61,728 bases of DNA, filler included, from Catajapyx aquilonaris (GCA_000934665.2; 4 parts of 4 records of this genome joined end to end with filler, not necessarily neighbours in it), one strand, 5' to 3'; counted from the first letter of the whole stretch, positions 12,977 through 34,200 are shown. Notes: a model not told the origin generated them from the sequence alone. Made by a program: numbers and translations.

Positions 12977-13669
12977 TCATTCTGTATAAGATGCCACTAT
13001 ATCATCCATCTTGTTCAGTGCATCTCGAAACTCCTCTTCCTCCATGCCAAACTTTAGGTAATGATGAACATAGGCCTTATACTTATACAAGTTACGCACC
13101 TTCCTAGTTACATTCACCAACAAAGGAACAACGGATGCATTGTTGCTCAAACATGCAGCTGACATCTCTAGCCCAAAAATCATCCTTGAGTGGTTTATGA
13201 TATGCGTTGCACTGCCCCAAAATGATCGAGCCTCAGTCTCAGCTTGCTCCAATTTAAGTCCACGCGTAATCAGTACATCCGAAAAGGATCTCACGGATCC
13301 ACCAGACTCTTGCTTGAGGTCACGAAATATTGACTTCCAGTTTGGGCATTCGTACTTATACATCTCTGGAAGAACAAATGGTCCAAATACTGGAGAGAGT
13401 AATTTGGGAGCTGCACTGGAAACCGCGGCATCAGTTAGGTGGCCAAGGGTGAGTGCTTCAGTCACGCTGCTGGCAGGCTGTACAACTGATGACAATGTGC
13501 GTGCGAGGACCAAGTTGAGATCATCGAATGATACATTCTTGACACAGAGCTTGTGCTTCGACACTTTGTTCAAATGATCATTTTTAAAAAGGAGCACAGC
13601 ACTGGCTGAGTCACACATTTGAGTCAGCGTGAACATGGTGTTGTAAGCTTGGGTGACCACTTCACCAAC
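12977..13669 (-). CDS. TUBD1: Delta-tubulin, last exon (5' exons not in this contig)
   Basis: Acceptor cctttccatag|GTTGGTGAA. Motifs GEVVTQAYNTMFTL, LLFKNDHLNKV, VSFDDLNLVLA..L.SVVQP, LITRG, SAACLSNN and KAYVHHYLKFGMEEEEF..A..MDDIVASY are characteristic of delta-tubulin. Confidence 0.88.
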   Translation of the reverse strand, partial: VGEVVTQAYNTMFTLTQMCDSASAVLLFKNDHLNKVSKHKLCVKNVSFDDLNLVLARTLSSVVQPASSVTEALTLGHLTDAAVSSAAPKLLSPVFGPFVLPEMYKYECPNWKSIFRDLKQESGGSVRSFSDVLITRGLKLEQAETEARSFWGSATHIINHSRMIFGLEMSAACLSNNASVVPLLVNVTRKVRNLYKYKAYVHHYLKFGMEEEEFRDALNKMDDIVASYTE

Positions 13670-14086
13670 CTATGGAAAGGTTGAATTAAATGTCAGCTAC
13701 AGTCGCTGTATAAAGAGAGCTATTACATGCACTTAAAATCTTTCTCATTATTATGGTAGACTAGCTAGAGTCATATAAATCTGAAAATAGTCTGATGAGA
13801 TGGAGAAAAAACGTGACAACTAAAATGCCAACTACGTACATTGACCCTACATGACCAAAAGAAGAATAAATGAAACTGCCTGGCATTGTATAAGGGTCAT
13901 TCAGATGAAAACGAGCCACGGTCACCTAGCAAACTTCCGGATGGGTTTGTCGCAACATCTTATACACAAAACGAAGGCCGTACCGGTGGGTATTATGACA
14001 CTGACAGTTGGTCATTCAATCACTCGGCACAGTCTCAGTGTGCTTTTGTTCAGGATCCCCTCCTTTAAAAAGACCATCCACTCAGA

Positions 14087-14427
14087 TATGGAAGTAACGA
14101 ATGTTGATCAGCCAGTGGTAATCAGTTATTCAACAGTGGAATGTGTCAGGAGTACAGAAATCCATCTCCGTATTCGTTCCGTGCACGAAAAGTGACATCT
14201 TTGTCATGTGTTAGAGCTTCAAGTAAGCAGTTCCGTGAGGGGTGGTCGTTGTTGACTGGTGATTCCAGGTCAGGGCAAGCAAACTGCTTACTCCAGGCTC
14301 TAACACGTAAGGAAGACATACAGTTTTCCTACACGGTACTCCTGCGGAGATGAATTATCTACTCTCGACACCTTCTGCCTCTCAAAAATGGATTACCGCT
14401 GGCTGATCAACATCCATTGCTTCCATG
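14087..14427. repeat. Imperfect ~37-bp inverted repeat pair (probable MITE)
   Basis: ATGGAAGTAACGAATGTTGATCAGCCAGTGGTAATC vs GATTACCGCTGGCTGATCAACATCCATTGCTTCCAT. Confidence 0.55.
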
Positions 14428-14430
14428 GTA

Positions 14431-14785
14431 GGGGAGGTGTGGTGGCCGAGATGGTAACATCTCGGCTTGCTGAGTGGAAGGTCCCAGGTTCGATCCCCAC
14501 CTGGGAGTTCCCTTTCACCTGCGTCAGGAGGGTCTCTGACCCGCACCTTGGAAGTGTCTGGCAACCTGACCTCCTGGGGAACAGCACATGACCCAATATC
14601 CGACAATGCACCTGCACCTACATTCCCTCCCCAAAAAATCCCTATCCTTACCCCTATGTCCTTGAATTCCCTGCACCAGAGTTTAAGAAAAATGGAAAAA
14701 CAATATATGGTGGCATTCCACCTCCCCTAAAAGAGCCACAGGCTCTATCACGGGGTAGAAGAAATAAATAAATAAATAAATAAAT
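14431..14785 (+). mobile_element. tRNA-derived SINE (family A) with (AAAT)n tail
   Basis: A box TGGCCGAGATGG, B box GGTTCGATCCC, 3' stem-loop and simple-repeat tail. Confidence 0.8.
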
Positions 14786-15072
14786 CTTATATCTATAAAT
14801 AAGGAAGTTTGGATGTTTGTCCCTTATAGAAATCCAGGGGAAGGCCCCTACACCGCCTTAAATTAGCATATCGGGGGTTACTTTTTCCAAGGAATCTAAC
14901 GCCGCATGTTTCAGCTTCCGAAAATGTACCTAACTCCCACAACACGCATACTCCTGCCTCAACAATTCACTTACATCATTAACAATAAATCAATTTGCAT
15001 TCCCATGGAAATGCCTCTCATTTTTTAGCTACGTATTTACCTCTCTGCGTCGTACCGTACAGCAGGGAGGGA

Positions 15073-15201
15073 ACCTTTATTTCGTCTTGATGGAACCTTT
15101 TTGGCGTAGCGCCCGGGCCCACGGGCAGGGTGACTGGGAGGGGATGTGCAAGGTGCAAGTGCAATTCTCAAACGGTATATTTTGTGAACTCCCCCGGGTG
15201 G
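15073..15201 (-). mobile_element. 3' part of SINE family C, cut by the gap
   Basis: Reverse complement of the 23800-23940 body (CCTTGCACATCCCCTCC..CCTGCCCGTGGGCCC). Confidence 0.7.
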
Positions 15202-15301
15202 NNNNNNNNNNNNNNNNNNNNNNNNNNNNNNNNNNNNNNNNNNNNTTAATTAATTAANNNNNNNNNNNNNNNNNNNNNNNNNNNNNNNNNNNNNNNNNNN
15301 N
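15202..15301. other. Assembly linker (N44-TTAATTAATTAA-N44)
   Basis: All-frame stop cassette inside Ns. Confidence 0.95.
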
Positions 15302-15865
15302 AGGCCATCGAGGTGGAGAAAGGGGGCCTTCATGTGCCGAATTCGGGTGACAGATATTTCCGACCTGGTGGCATCACTGCCACGTACAAAGCGGGTTGAG
15401 TGGCTTAGAGTAAAAACTCGCCCGTTACCTGGCAACTAAGTAAACACTTGGACTGCTCAAATGTCCAGCCGTGTCCAGCAGGGTCCCCTACATGGTTGCC
15501 TCCCCCACCTTAACCAGGGTATTGTCTCCACGTAGTCCTTATGCAATCTAGCTCCAATATGGCCGCCCCATGCTGCAGGATAGGGAATTGGCAAGCGATT
15601 CGTTTTTGTTTTTTTCAATTGGTTTTTTTTCCTATGCAATTTTCCTATCTGATTTAGCTCCAATATGGCGGAGAGACAATACCCTGTCTAGGTGGGGAGG
15701 CACTCATGTAGGTGACCCTGGTGTCCAGCACAGTACAACGAATTATTTTACGACCCTGCTGGGGCGCGTTCTATGATATCATTTTTGCGTTCATTTCACT
15801 TCGCGTGACGTCAACATTTTCGAGGGAAACAGTGACGTCACCATTTGCCTACGAAAAAACACCAA

Positions 15866-16213
15866 TGAGTGCATTTACATGGGACTAAGGTATATAGTCT
15901 GGTGACCCGGGGTAGCTTGCCCCCTGGGGTAACTTGTTGTTTACTGCTATCCTTTTACATAAAGTTGCCATGGTGTTTGCCCGGGGGCAAGCTTACCCCG
16001 GGTCACCAGACTAGGGGCCTAAAAATCGGCCTAGCCTATGCTAGGCGAACCGGTTTACTCCCATGTAGCCGCTGGGCCTACGATAGACCGGCCTTATCTG
16101 AGCCGTTGTCGGGCGCAACCCAGGCCTTTTGGATAGGGTGGTCTACCTAAGGCGATGGCCTTGCTTAGGAAGCCTGGGTCAGGCCGATTTTTAGTCCCAT
16201 GTAAACGTACTCA
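15866..16213. mobile_element. MITE with a nested palindromic MITE (~15895-16013)
   Basis: Outer TGAGTGCATTTACATGGGACTAA/TTAGTCCCATGTAAACGTACTCA; inner TAGTCTGGTGACCCGGGGTA/TACCCCGGGTCACCAGACTA. Confidence 0.7.
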
Positions 16214-16327
16214 ATATCTCCGGAACTGAAACTGATATCTTAAAACGGAATATGCCAAAAAAATCCAAAAAATATGGGCGAATTTATTATGTAGTTTCCA
16301 AAATGAAGGCTACTTCCCCATTGGCCT

Positions 16328-17945
16328 CTTTCCTGTTCAGAGCCCCCTAGCGGTTTCGACTCCCCATGGTCCCAAGATGGCGGCGAAATGTGACCAAGAC
16401 CGATCCGGCGCGCGCACCTTTTACATGTGTTTTCGGCACTTTTCCGATGGCCAGAGCTTTGTTAATTACGAGGTGTCTCTGGCCAACGTGGGTGGGGGCT
16501 AGTTGGAGGGAATTCGGGCTTTAACGTGACGTTTTTTTTTTTCTCGAAATAAGTTCAGGCTCCGGCCACGAGGGTTTTTAATAGGGTCGATCTCGCATGC
16601 CCGTCGCATTACGAGTCACCTTTTCACGTCCCTTTTCCGCAGTTTTGATACCCGACCTTTTCAGCAAAGGACGCTGGTCGATGCTGCATATCAGTTGCAA
16701 TAAAAGTTGGTCCATGAAATATTATATTGGTGACAAATATGATGAGCCACGTCTAAATAATATACGGTGCAGTAGGCTAGTGTGCATTGCAATTAACTGG
16801 TAAGTTTTAAAGGGTTCTGCATAAATGCATAATGTAATTATTGCTCACAGTATTAGACGGCCATCTTAGACGGCATAAGAAAATTAATATGACCTTTTTC
16901 GGTCCTGCATAATTTATGGCTGACCTATTTTTTTTTTTTAAATAATGGGCCTCTTAGGGGATCATCTTTTGAAAACCCGACTTTAATCATTTGCCTGCGC
17001 TGTGATGGATTTTGATTGTGGGAGGAAACGGGAGAACCCCGAGAAAACCCACGCGAACACGGAGAGAACCCATCGAAACTCTATCCACATAAGTATCCTC
17101 CGTCCGACCCGGGGATCGAACTCGGGACCTTAGAGGTGGAAGGCTGCGGCGCTAACCACTCGGCCACCGTGTCGCCCTTGGCTGACCTAATTTTGCATTT
17201 TTTTGATAGTTTCATTAATTAGCATAGAATAGTGTTCATTTTAGGCATAGAGCAGGCAGAAAAATTTGTCAATTTGCAGCAAAAGTTCGTGATTTATTGT
17301 CACAGTTGGCCTCTTTATTTATAGCAGCCTGCTTTGTTTGCCTTGAAGTCTGTTCACATGCAAAAATTAACCCAGGCAACTACACCAGGCAACTAGCCAA
17401 CTACACCATATAGATTATTTAGACATGGCTCGCGTCATCACATTTGTCACCAATATAATATTTCATGGACCAACTTTTATTGCGATTGATGCAGCATTGA
17501 TCTCCTCCTTTCATATTTCGCGCGCACGTTTGTTTTATTTTGTGCTTACTTTCGTGGAAACATAACACAAGCATGGCATCCTGCACTGGCAATACTCTGG
17601 CGTCCTTTGCTGAAAAGTTCGGGTATCAAAACTGCGGAAAAGAGACGTGAAAAGGTGGCTCGTAATGCGATGGGCATGCGAGATCGACCCTATTAAAAAC
17701 CCTTGTGGCCGGCGCCAGAAGCCTTATTTCGAGAAAAAAAACCCGTCACGTTAAAGCCCGAATTCCCTCCAACTAGCCTCCACCCACTTTGGCCAGAGAC
17801 ACCTCGTAATTAACAAAGTTCTGGCCATCGGAAAAGTGCCGAAAACACATGTAAAAGGTGCGCGCCCGATCGGTCTTGGTCACATTTCGCCGCCATCTTG
17901 GGACCATGGGGAGTCGAAACCGCTAGGGGGCTCTGAACAGGAAAG
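16328..17945. mobile_element. Foldback element with ~430-bp inverted arms
   Basis: 16328-~16760 is the reverse complement of ~17414-17945 (the right arm has an insertion). Confidence 0.9.
16928..17177 (-). mobile_element. tRNA-SINE family B with V-domain core
   Basis: A/B boxes; core GTTCTCTCCGTGTTCGCGTGGGTTTTCTCGGGGTTCTCCCGTTTCCTCCCACA; A tail; TSD TGGCTGACCTA (16917-16927, 17179-17189). Confidence 0.88.
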
Positions 17946-18417
17946 TCACGAATTTCGTTTAATTTTCCACTCTCTAGCTGCCGTAGAACGGAATTTAAAA
18001 AATCATATACCTAACCATGCAATATTTCCAGAATTTATGACGAATCTAGATTTTCTAAGTCCTGAAATATTTATCCTCACTTTGTGGAAAAACCTGACAT
18101 GATAGAGGAAAAGGCTCGGCATTTCTGAACTCAGCGTATCGAAATACATTAGAAACACACAAAACTGTGCAGGAAAAAAAAAGTATTATTTCGCAGGCCT
18201 GTGTAATCGGCAAATGATTAAGCATAATCCATGAAACAGGTAGGTCTGTGTTATATGTGATTATTGTATTATCTTACATTCTTATGGAATGTTATAATTT
18301 CATAATGTTATGTGATACTTGTATTTATATTATTATGTTAATAATATTAATCATATTATTTAATCATATTAGTTATTACATAATAAATGTTTGTAACCCT
18401 ATAGAACATTCGTCCCC

Positions 18418-19355
18418 CTGTAGTTGCACTTTTATATCAGGAAGATACATTTCCCCCCCGTCATTAAACTCTTTGAACCAAGTGGAGAACTGTCAGGGGC
18501 ACATGCCACATTATTTTGAGAATATCCCATGGTGATCCCACAGGGCGAAAGAACTATTTGACCTCAGACACCTGCCCCATGGTATGTCCTCCTATTGTTG
18601 CACTTTTATCAGGAAGATATATTTTTTCCCCGTCATGAAACTTTTTGAACCAAGTAGAGAACTGTTAGGGGCACATGCCACATTATTTTGAGAATATTAC
18701 ATGGTGATCCCACAAAGCCACAGGGTAATTTGACATCAGACCCCTGACGGATGGCATCTCCTCCCATTGTTGTAATTTTATATAAGGAAGATTAACGTGG
18801 CCATATTTTTCGCGAGCTAAAGCGGGACGGTATTCATAATCGCCGATTTCGCGTATGTAAATTTGTGTCACTGTCTCTGCTTCAGGGGCGGATCCAGACC
18901 TTCGATCTGGGGGGGGGGGGNTTGGGGGCGATGCGAGGTGGGGGGGGGGGGGTTCTTGATTTGAGGGATACTAATGTACTGTATCTTATATGGGGTTGGG
19001 GGGTGGGCATGAGCCGTAAAGGGCGAGAAGGAGGCCCGCCGCAGGCGAAAATTTGTTGGGTTGCACTGATTTTTTAGGATTTTCAGGATTTTTAGGGTCT
19101 ATCTCTCTAGGCTCAAAGCGGGACATTCGTGCGTCCCGCCCATCTCGTCTGCGACAGCGGGACACCAATCTGAAATTCGGGACTGTCCCGCCTAAATCGG
19201 GACGTATGGCCACCTTAAGGAAGATACATTTTTCCCCCATCATGAAACTTTTTGAACCAAGTAGAGAACTGTTAGGGGCACATGACACATTATTTTGAGA
19301 ATATTACATGGTGATCCCATGCGGCCAAAGGCGATTCGATGTCAGACCTCTGCCC
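18418..19355. repeat. Three ~172-bp tandem units, the third interrupted by a hAT MITE
   Basis: Recurrent AGGAAGATA..TTTTGAACCAAGT.GAGAACTGT.AGGGGCACATG.CACATTATTTTGAGAATAT. Confidence 0.85.
18793..19217. mobile_element. hAT-type MITE with a nested G-rich element (~18883-19065)
   Basis: TIR TAACGTGGCCATA/TATGGCCACCTTA; 8-bp TSD AGGAAGAT. Confidence 0.8.
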
Positions 19356-20069
19356 AACATGACCGCCGGCGGTGTCCCCCAATGTAGCGCTTCCCTTTCG
19401 TACCTATAAAGTTCAGCGTAGTCCGGTAGGGTCGCCACATAATAGCGCAGTGAAAGGTCTTATGGCGCTCTCAGGTGAGCACCTCATGCAAATCGCCCCG
19501 GGAGGATGGACAGGTTGGCTAGCTGCGCCGAATATCAGTTTCAGGTCCAAAAATTAGTGTCTTAGCTGCATACGACCTTACAGGTTAGTTTTAAGATTTA
19601 TAACTCTTAATTATGTGGGTCTTGTATTTTAAAAACATATTTTAGTGAAATTCCACGCGACAGTAGCGCCGCGTACTGGGCCAACAGCCAAATGCGTTGG
19701 CTGAAGAAGTGGCGACACTTGGAAACCATTTTTTCCTCTCTTGATGCAATTATAAGCTCTTTGGCCAGAGGGCTGCTTAGTGGTGGAAATAACTCAAAAC
19801 CACCAATATTGGATTTAGTGGATTTCTCCTATATGCCAGTGAGATTTAAAATGTAACAATAATTCAAAAATGCCCTTTGTAACAGTGGTAACTTACAGCT
19901 ATGTTTTGTGCGAGCTGTGTGTTGAGTGCAGCTTTCCGAAAGAAGTTGAGAAGGAAATCAGCAGATGGCACAAGCTCATCCTTCCATATATTGCAACATG
20001 ACATGATGGAAGCCTTTTTAGTATGTAGGAGCGAAAATTGTCCTGTGATTCATGATTCCTCCCTATTGA

Positions 20070-28255
<8,186 letters not shown>

Positions 28256-28297
28256 TAACACCCTGCAATTTTTAATCAAATTGAAAATTGTAGTCCC

Positions 28298-28851
28298 TAC
28301 ATGTACCACTAACCACCAAAGTAACTCTTCTTACCCTCCTAAATTGTGAAATTTTTTGTATATTCTAATTCTGCTTGGCCTATAGTGTTGTGCAAACATC
28401 ACCTCTGCTTCTAATTTTCACGTCAAAATACAAGCTTAATGAGATATTCCGAAGTCACAACACCTAGCAGCAGGTTGCGGGTCGCTGGTCGCCGCGATTG
28501 TAGCGTGCTGTAGGGTGGCACGAGCAAGTAGAATATGACCTCACACACTTCGTTATCGATTTTGTGTAGCAATTTATGAATCAAGTTAATCAATCATTTA
28601 CATATCACTGATATCAGACGGGACCGGTGCCCGTGACCAGATGCAGGTGTTGTGGCTTCGGAATATTGGTCTTTTGGCTTGCATTTTGACCCTGCTAGCG
28701 TGAAAATTAGCAGCAGAGATGATGTTTGCACAACACTATAGGTCAAACAGAATTAGAATATTGTAGTTGCCTGGACACTACAATATCCCAAAAAATTTAA
28801 AATTTAGGAGGGTAAGAAGAGATACTTTGGTTGTAAGTGAATGTGATATGT
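28298..28851. mobile_element. Imperfect long foldback element
   Basis: CTCTTCTTACCCTCCTAAATT..CCTATAGTGTTGTGCAAACATCA vs TGATGTTTGCACAACACTATAGG..AATTTAGGAGGGTAAGAAGAG. Confidence 0.75.
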
Positions 28852-28872
28852 ATACCATGTGATATGTATACA

Positions 28873-29299
28873 CAGGGTGAAGGGAAACTCGCGGGCAATC
28901 GCCAGGTAGACTGATAGTACTCGCAAAACTAATATAGGGATGTGCAATTAGTTCTGGCTCCGTTGCGTAGTTAATGCGTATGGCGCCCTTCAAGTGTAGA
29001 GGGCTGGATGGTGGAATATGAAGCAAAAACGACAAAGTGCATGGGTGTCATACCCGGATTCTTACTGTGACGGGATTTGGTCGCCTTTTGCACGTGGACG
29101 ATGTGTTAGGGGACGAAGGCAAGGGACCGGAGGCCCTCGAACTGACTTTTTCTTCTTAGAAGCTGGCAGAACGGACATGACGTCAAGAAACTTTGACGCC
29201 GCCATACGCAGTAACTATGAAACGGAGCCCAAAACTAATTGCACATCCCTATACTAGTTTTACGAGTACTATAAGGTACGAGAATTTCCCTTCACCCTG
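28873..29299. mobile_element. Tc1/mariner-type MITE
   Basis: CAGGGTGAAGGGAAA...TTTCCCTTCACCCTG|TA plus inner inverted segments. Confidence 0.75.
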
Positions 29300-29327
29300 T
29301 ATGAGGACTAGTCAGAAAATTAGTTTC

Positions 29328-29928
29328 TTTTTTTTATTTATTTTTTTATTTAATTTACCCCGTTGGGCATGAGCCATTAGGGGGAGACATCAGTACAAAA
29401 TAAATTTCAAGGAGGATGGAGCAAGGAAGGAAGTATGAGGTGCATGTGTGGGTTATCAGTTAACAGAAAGCAGGTAAGCGGGGCCAAAACACTTATAGAG
29501 TTCACAAATACAGTATATAACCTTGGCTCAAGAAATTGGGGGAGCGGTATGTCGCATGCGAAAGCGGAAAGTAATTTCACTGCTCGTTTCTTCAATCTGC
29601 GCAGAATGTTACTCTTCTGAACACATTCGCGGTGAAGTTAAAAAGGCTGTAGTAATCCTCGCGAGTCAGGTTATTGGTCATTTGGACTAAATTAAAGCCA
29701 GGGGCCGACGGGAAATCATTTAGGAAAATTTGTCTAGGGGTTGCGAATATAGGACAACTGTAGATTATATGATATAAAGTGAAAGGCTCATCCAAATTGC
29801 AGTATTCACAATATTCGTCATTGTTTAACTTCAAAGTCTGATCTTTTATCCGAATATATGGTGAATTATTTTTAATATTGATAATAAGCCTTGATATAGG
29901 AAGTGGCAAAGACCCGTCCAGATAAGGT
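29328..29928 (-). mobile_element. 5'-truncated non-LTR retrotransposon (LINE) with ORF2 C-terminal Zn motif
   Basis: 17-bp TSD GTCAGAAAATTAGTTTC (29311-29327, 29929-29945); A-rich tail; ORF 29592-29909 with CEYCNLDEPFTLYHIIYSC. Confidence 0.88.
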
Positions 29929-30516
29929 GTCAGAAAATTAGTTTCACGATGCTACAGTTTTGACGCAGTGCAATGGACAGGGTAAAGACGATCATGAGCA
30001 GGTACGTCGATCCTACCGGTACTTTCTAGGATGCATAGGCCCCTTCTTGAAACTTATGTGCAGGCATGGCAGTGGTTGGACGAGATCTAGTGGCGATTTG
30101 AGCTTGCCACCCATATGCCACCAGGAAATGTTATGCCAGACAGATAGTGTTGGTCACATGGACTAGGGAACAAGATAGTTAGGGCAGTTGTTTGCTACCA
30201 TTGGTCAACATTTGACATACGACTTATCACATTCATCGCTGGCTAGTGAAGTGTATGGTCCGGAGATGTCATGTCTGAGCAAATCGTGCGGCGATATGGT
30301 GCCAGCAATTTTGGAATAAACTCACGAGCGTGAAGAGCAACCAGAGACCCAGACTACCAGCCACGGCAATTACCAACAATGCTACAAACTTCTGCTATAA
30401 ATAAATATGGCTCTCTGCCCGCGTAAATCAACACTGCACGAAGAAGTTTCCATGGCTAGAAAATAAGCTTTGGTGGAATATGAAAGTGTTGGAGGAAAAT
30501 AAAATGGGGTGGAATA

Positions 30517-30921
30517 CAGGGTGGACCAACTTCAAGTGTCGTTTTATAACGGCGATTAATAGAAGCGCTTTACGATTGACGTAGCAGCGACGTGTAAAAT
30601 GGGCCACTTCAGCGCCATCGAAAATATTAGCTGCCAATAGCAGCACACATGTAATGAACCCTGTGCAACCACATGCGGCACCAATGCCAATCTGGTGCCT
30701 TGGGCGTCACCCATTTCACTCGGACGCATCTCAGGTCATGTGTGCACCTCCTTTTTTCCAGGTCAACCCAGCAGCAGGGTTGATTACATGTGTGCTGCTA
30801 TTGGCAGCTAATATTTTCGATGGCGCCGAAGTGGGACATTTTACACGTCGCCTCTACGTCATCGCAAAATCACTGCTATTAATCGCCGTTATAAAACAAC
30901 ACTTGAAGTTGGTCCACCCTG
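30517..30921. mobile_element. Tc1/mariner-type MITE, ~135-bp TIRs, TA TSD
   Basis: TA|CAGGGTGGACCAACTTCAAGTG...CACTTGAAGTTGGTCCACCCTG|TA. Confidence 0.88.
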
Positions 30922-31152
30922 TATATGTGCACGTAAATAAAGAAAATCATGTGAAAACATATACTTGTCTAACAAACGCATGGTCAAAAAATAAAAGTTT
31001 GCCGGGAAACTTTTTCCCATTGGAACGAGAGAAAAAAACCCACGTGTCGGAGAGAATAAAAGCGGGTAAAAAAAATGCCACACTTGCCTCTCAGGGCTTC
31101 CTTAACAATGGGATGGTGGGATTCTCTCTCTTTCTCTCTCTCTCTCTCTCTC

Positions 31153-31251
31153 NNNNNNNNNNNNNNNNNNNNNNNNNNNNNNNNNNNNNNNNNNNNTTAA
31201 TTAATTAANNNNNNNNNNNNNNNNNNNNNNNNNNNNNNNNNNNNNNNNNNN
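31153..31251. other. Assembly linker, preceded by (TC)n
   Basis: N..TTAATTAATTAA..N. Confidence 0.95.
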
Positions 31252-34200
31252 NCCCCCCCCGAACTGAAATCCTGGCTACGTCACTTTCGCAAACTCGACT
31301 TTGGCTTGTGTCCAGTATAAATCAAACTCTATGACCATCACAGCGATGCCGCCTCGAGAATGATCTAATGTCGCGTTTCATTGGGAAAGTCACTTGGAAC
31401 GGTACCAACTAGGTTATGCTGGTGTAATGATCACCTGCCGCTATGTGTCATTTGTTTACCATTTAGAACGACATTCAAATGTCTGTTGCGAAGGATATGG
31501 CTTTTAGTCAAGGCATTTCTAGCCGACTAACTTGGCGATTTTGGGTGAACTTTTCCAAGAGTCATGCTTCTGAGTGATCATAAATGTTGCACAATAGATG
31601 GTGTCCACCTTGTACCTCAGTTTAAGTACCAGCATCTTTGGTATTCATGAGAGATGTTATTACTTGGAGCTGAACAACTGCTGACACTTCTTGCTGGGCC
31701 TGCAGGTTCAGCACGGTTATATTCGCTTCTGAGCATTTTATTGTCCAACTTTTTTCGTACATATTTGACAAGACGTTTCTTTACGAGGTGAGGGCGAGAC
31801 TTAATTTTCACCTCTATCCAATAAATGTCAAAAACAGTTTGTCCAGTGCCTGTTTGGCCTATTGGTGTGCCAAAGCAGTACAGCCAATATAAAAATGGTG
31901 GCTGTAGTCGGACACGACAATGAGGTGTCACAAGGGTCCAATAGATATGTTTGAAAAGTTTTTATCACAAAAGAAATGCAGAATCTATAGGTCACATATG
32001 GAGGTAGCTAAAGGCTGTAGTTTGTGATAGGAGGAAGCCCTTTATCATCTGTTGAGAATTATACTGAAAACTTGATATCTGTGTTATTACAAACTTAACG
32101 CATAATGCACTCATGGTGTATAGTTACGCACTTAACTAACTAAAAAAATTCCATGCAGAAGGTACGTTCTAATAGTCCCAGTATCAGGTGTTTTTCACGT
32201 GAAAAAAGTGTTGATGTGCTCCTGGTTTTCTTGGTGTAATTCTCCCATTTCTTTCCACTATCACATCGCAACACAAAAAAAATCCAGCCATCATGGTGGC
32301 CTCTCTCCACGAAAATCGTATTTACAGTGTTAGTTTATCTGCACATTACATACGCATATTTTGAACCCTCCCCACCTCATAATACGATATAGTAGCAACA
32401 CTTTTGTCCGATAAACACCACATGAAGCACAAAATGAGCCCCACAAAATGTGTGGAGGGTACCACATCACCCAGTTCTTTGTACATCCCCTATGACATCC
32501 AATTCTGTCAGGGTATATCACTAGGCTCATAATCAGGATTCTTGTGGAGCTTTTGTTCCCCCCTCCTGTCCGTAACGTCAGTTGGTCGCTTCCGATTTCA
32601 AGTTACGGTACGTGTAGTGGACATGTTTGCGGTCCGTTCTACCCCCCCAGATCCGGACCCGGGTAGTTGGCTCACAATCGTGGGGAGAACTGGGGGTGCC
32701 TAGGGGAGAGAGGAGACCCCCCCCCCCCNCCCCCCCGGAAAAAAAAACTTGTTGTCAGGGATCAACAGTGGTGCTGAATGTTACGCCGAAAATTCACGCT
32801 CGGTTGAATTTCATTGACTTTGCTCATGCAGTGTATTTTCAGAGCATTGCAGCATTGTTTACATATGTATACAGGAATGTTCCGGAAAATGGGTGTAAAC
32901 ATTGGTGAAATCCATATTAATATTTTTTTTAACAATGTGTGCTAAACATGGGTTTTAGTGGTTGAGACACACCTGTTTTGAGCGGGTTTCACGCGCGTGA
33001 AGAATTTAAAGAGCTTGTTTTTCGGGATCTTTCAAGATCCGATGCGTTGCGTGGGCACTTTTGATTTTAATTAACGGCAGTGTCCACTACGACTTGAGGC
33101 GGACTCACCTGAGGTTGAAAAACAATCATGCCAGAGGATACTTCTTTTTGTGTGCATGTTCCATGTACGAATTCGATGCGCCATAAATTTCGGTGGGCAT
33201 GACATAAATCTCTTACATCATTTTATATGATCAATTGACGCTATCCCTTTCGCTGGCCACATAAGGATGGTATAATGACCCGTCAGTTGAAAAAGAAAGG
33301 TCAAAGGTTTTATCGGTTCATGGTTGGGTGAATTATTTTCGCGTTAGCGGCAGGAGCTTAATGAAGTTGTCGATAGGGGGTAGGCTTTATGCCTTTAACG
33401 GTCATTCTTCTGCATCTTACGTTAGGCATCCCTGTTGTGCATAAGTGTTAGTGGACTTTTCGTTGTGTGTGTTTTTTTTTTTTGCAAATAAAGGATGAGT
33501 GACGCGATGTCATCTTGATTGACGAGTGTCGTACGGAGGGGCAAATTTGAACGAGAATGTTATCGTCATATCTGCTTGACAAGTGTAACAAACGTTGGGG
33601 CACACACGTCAAGCGTGTGTCACTTGCGTCGAACAAGCAGAGAAGTGGACGTAATACTATTTTCATCATGGGTACAAGTATTTCCAATTGCATATATTTT
33701 TTGCTGTTTGAGAAACGTGTCTTTCTTTTACGAGTATGTACTCTCTGTCAAAAAAAGTTTTGGCATAACGCATCCTGGTATTCAGCCATCAGTAGGCTAC
33801 TTTATCAATGAAAAAATTATGGGAAAAGCTGAAGTGCCAATGGTTGTATTACACCAGGATACTCTTGGCCAATTTTTTAAATAAATAATTATGTATTCAG
33901 TGTTTATCTGAACAGTAGCACTTGCCACTTTAATGTGTGCAAAACAATAAGTTTTTCCGTGTTGTTTGCTGAGTTGCGTATCTATTTTCGACAGTTTCGT
34001 GGTGCAAGACTCACTTTGAGTGGCTTCCTGCACTCTTGCTGACTTGCGCAAGGACGGAAATGATTAGAACGGAAGTGGTAATATTGAGACCCAAGCCAAT
34101 GTTGTTGAAACTTGAGCTGCACATCTGGTGATCATGTGACTAGTGATTGTCGTCTTGCAGTTACGTAGTGCTACTTTGGTGTGGCGAAACAGACAGAAGC

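Noticed and set aside
13851..14360. Upstream tubulin exons or an FN3-like FRARNEYGDG fragment
   Set aside because: No tubulin motifs; the match is too short and is surrounded by stops and repeats.
14431..14512. tRNA genes (also ~17100, 23660, 26300, 27100, 27700)
   Set aside because: A/B boxes continue into SINE bodies, several with tails and TSDs; no complete cloverleaf.
18865..19077. MRGGGGG as the ILF2 RGG-like N-terminus
   Set aside because: It is a G-run within a nested MITE, not a spliceable exon.
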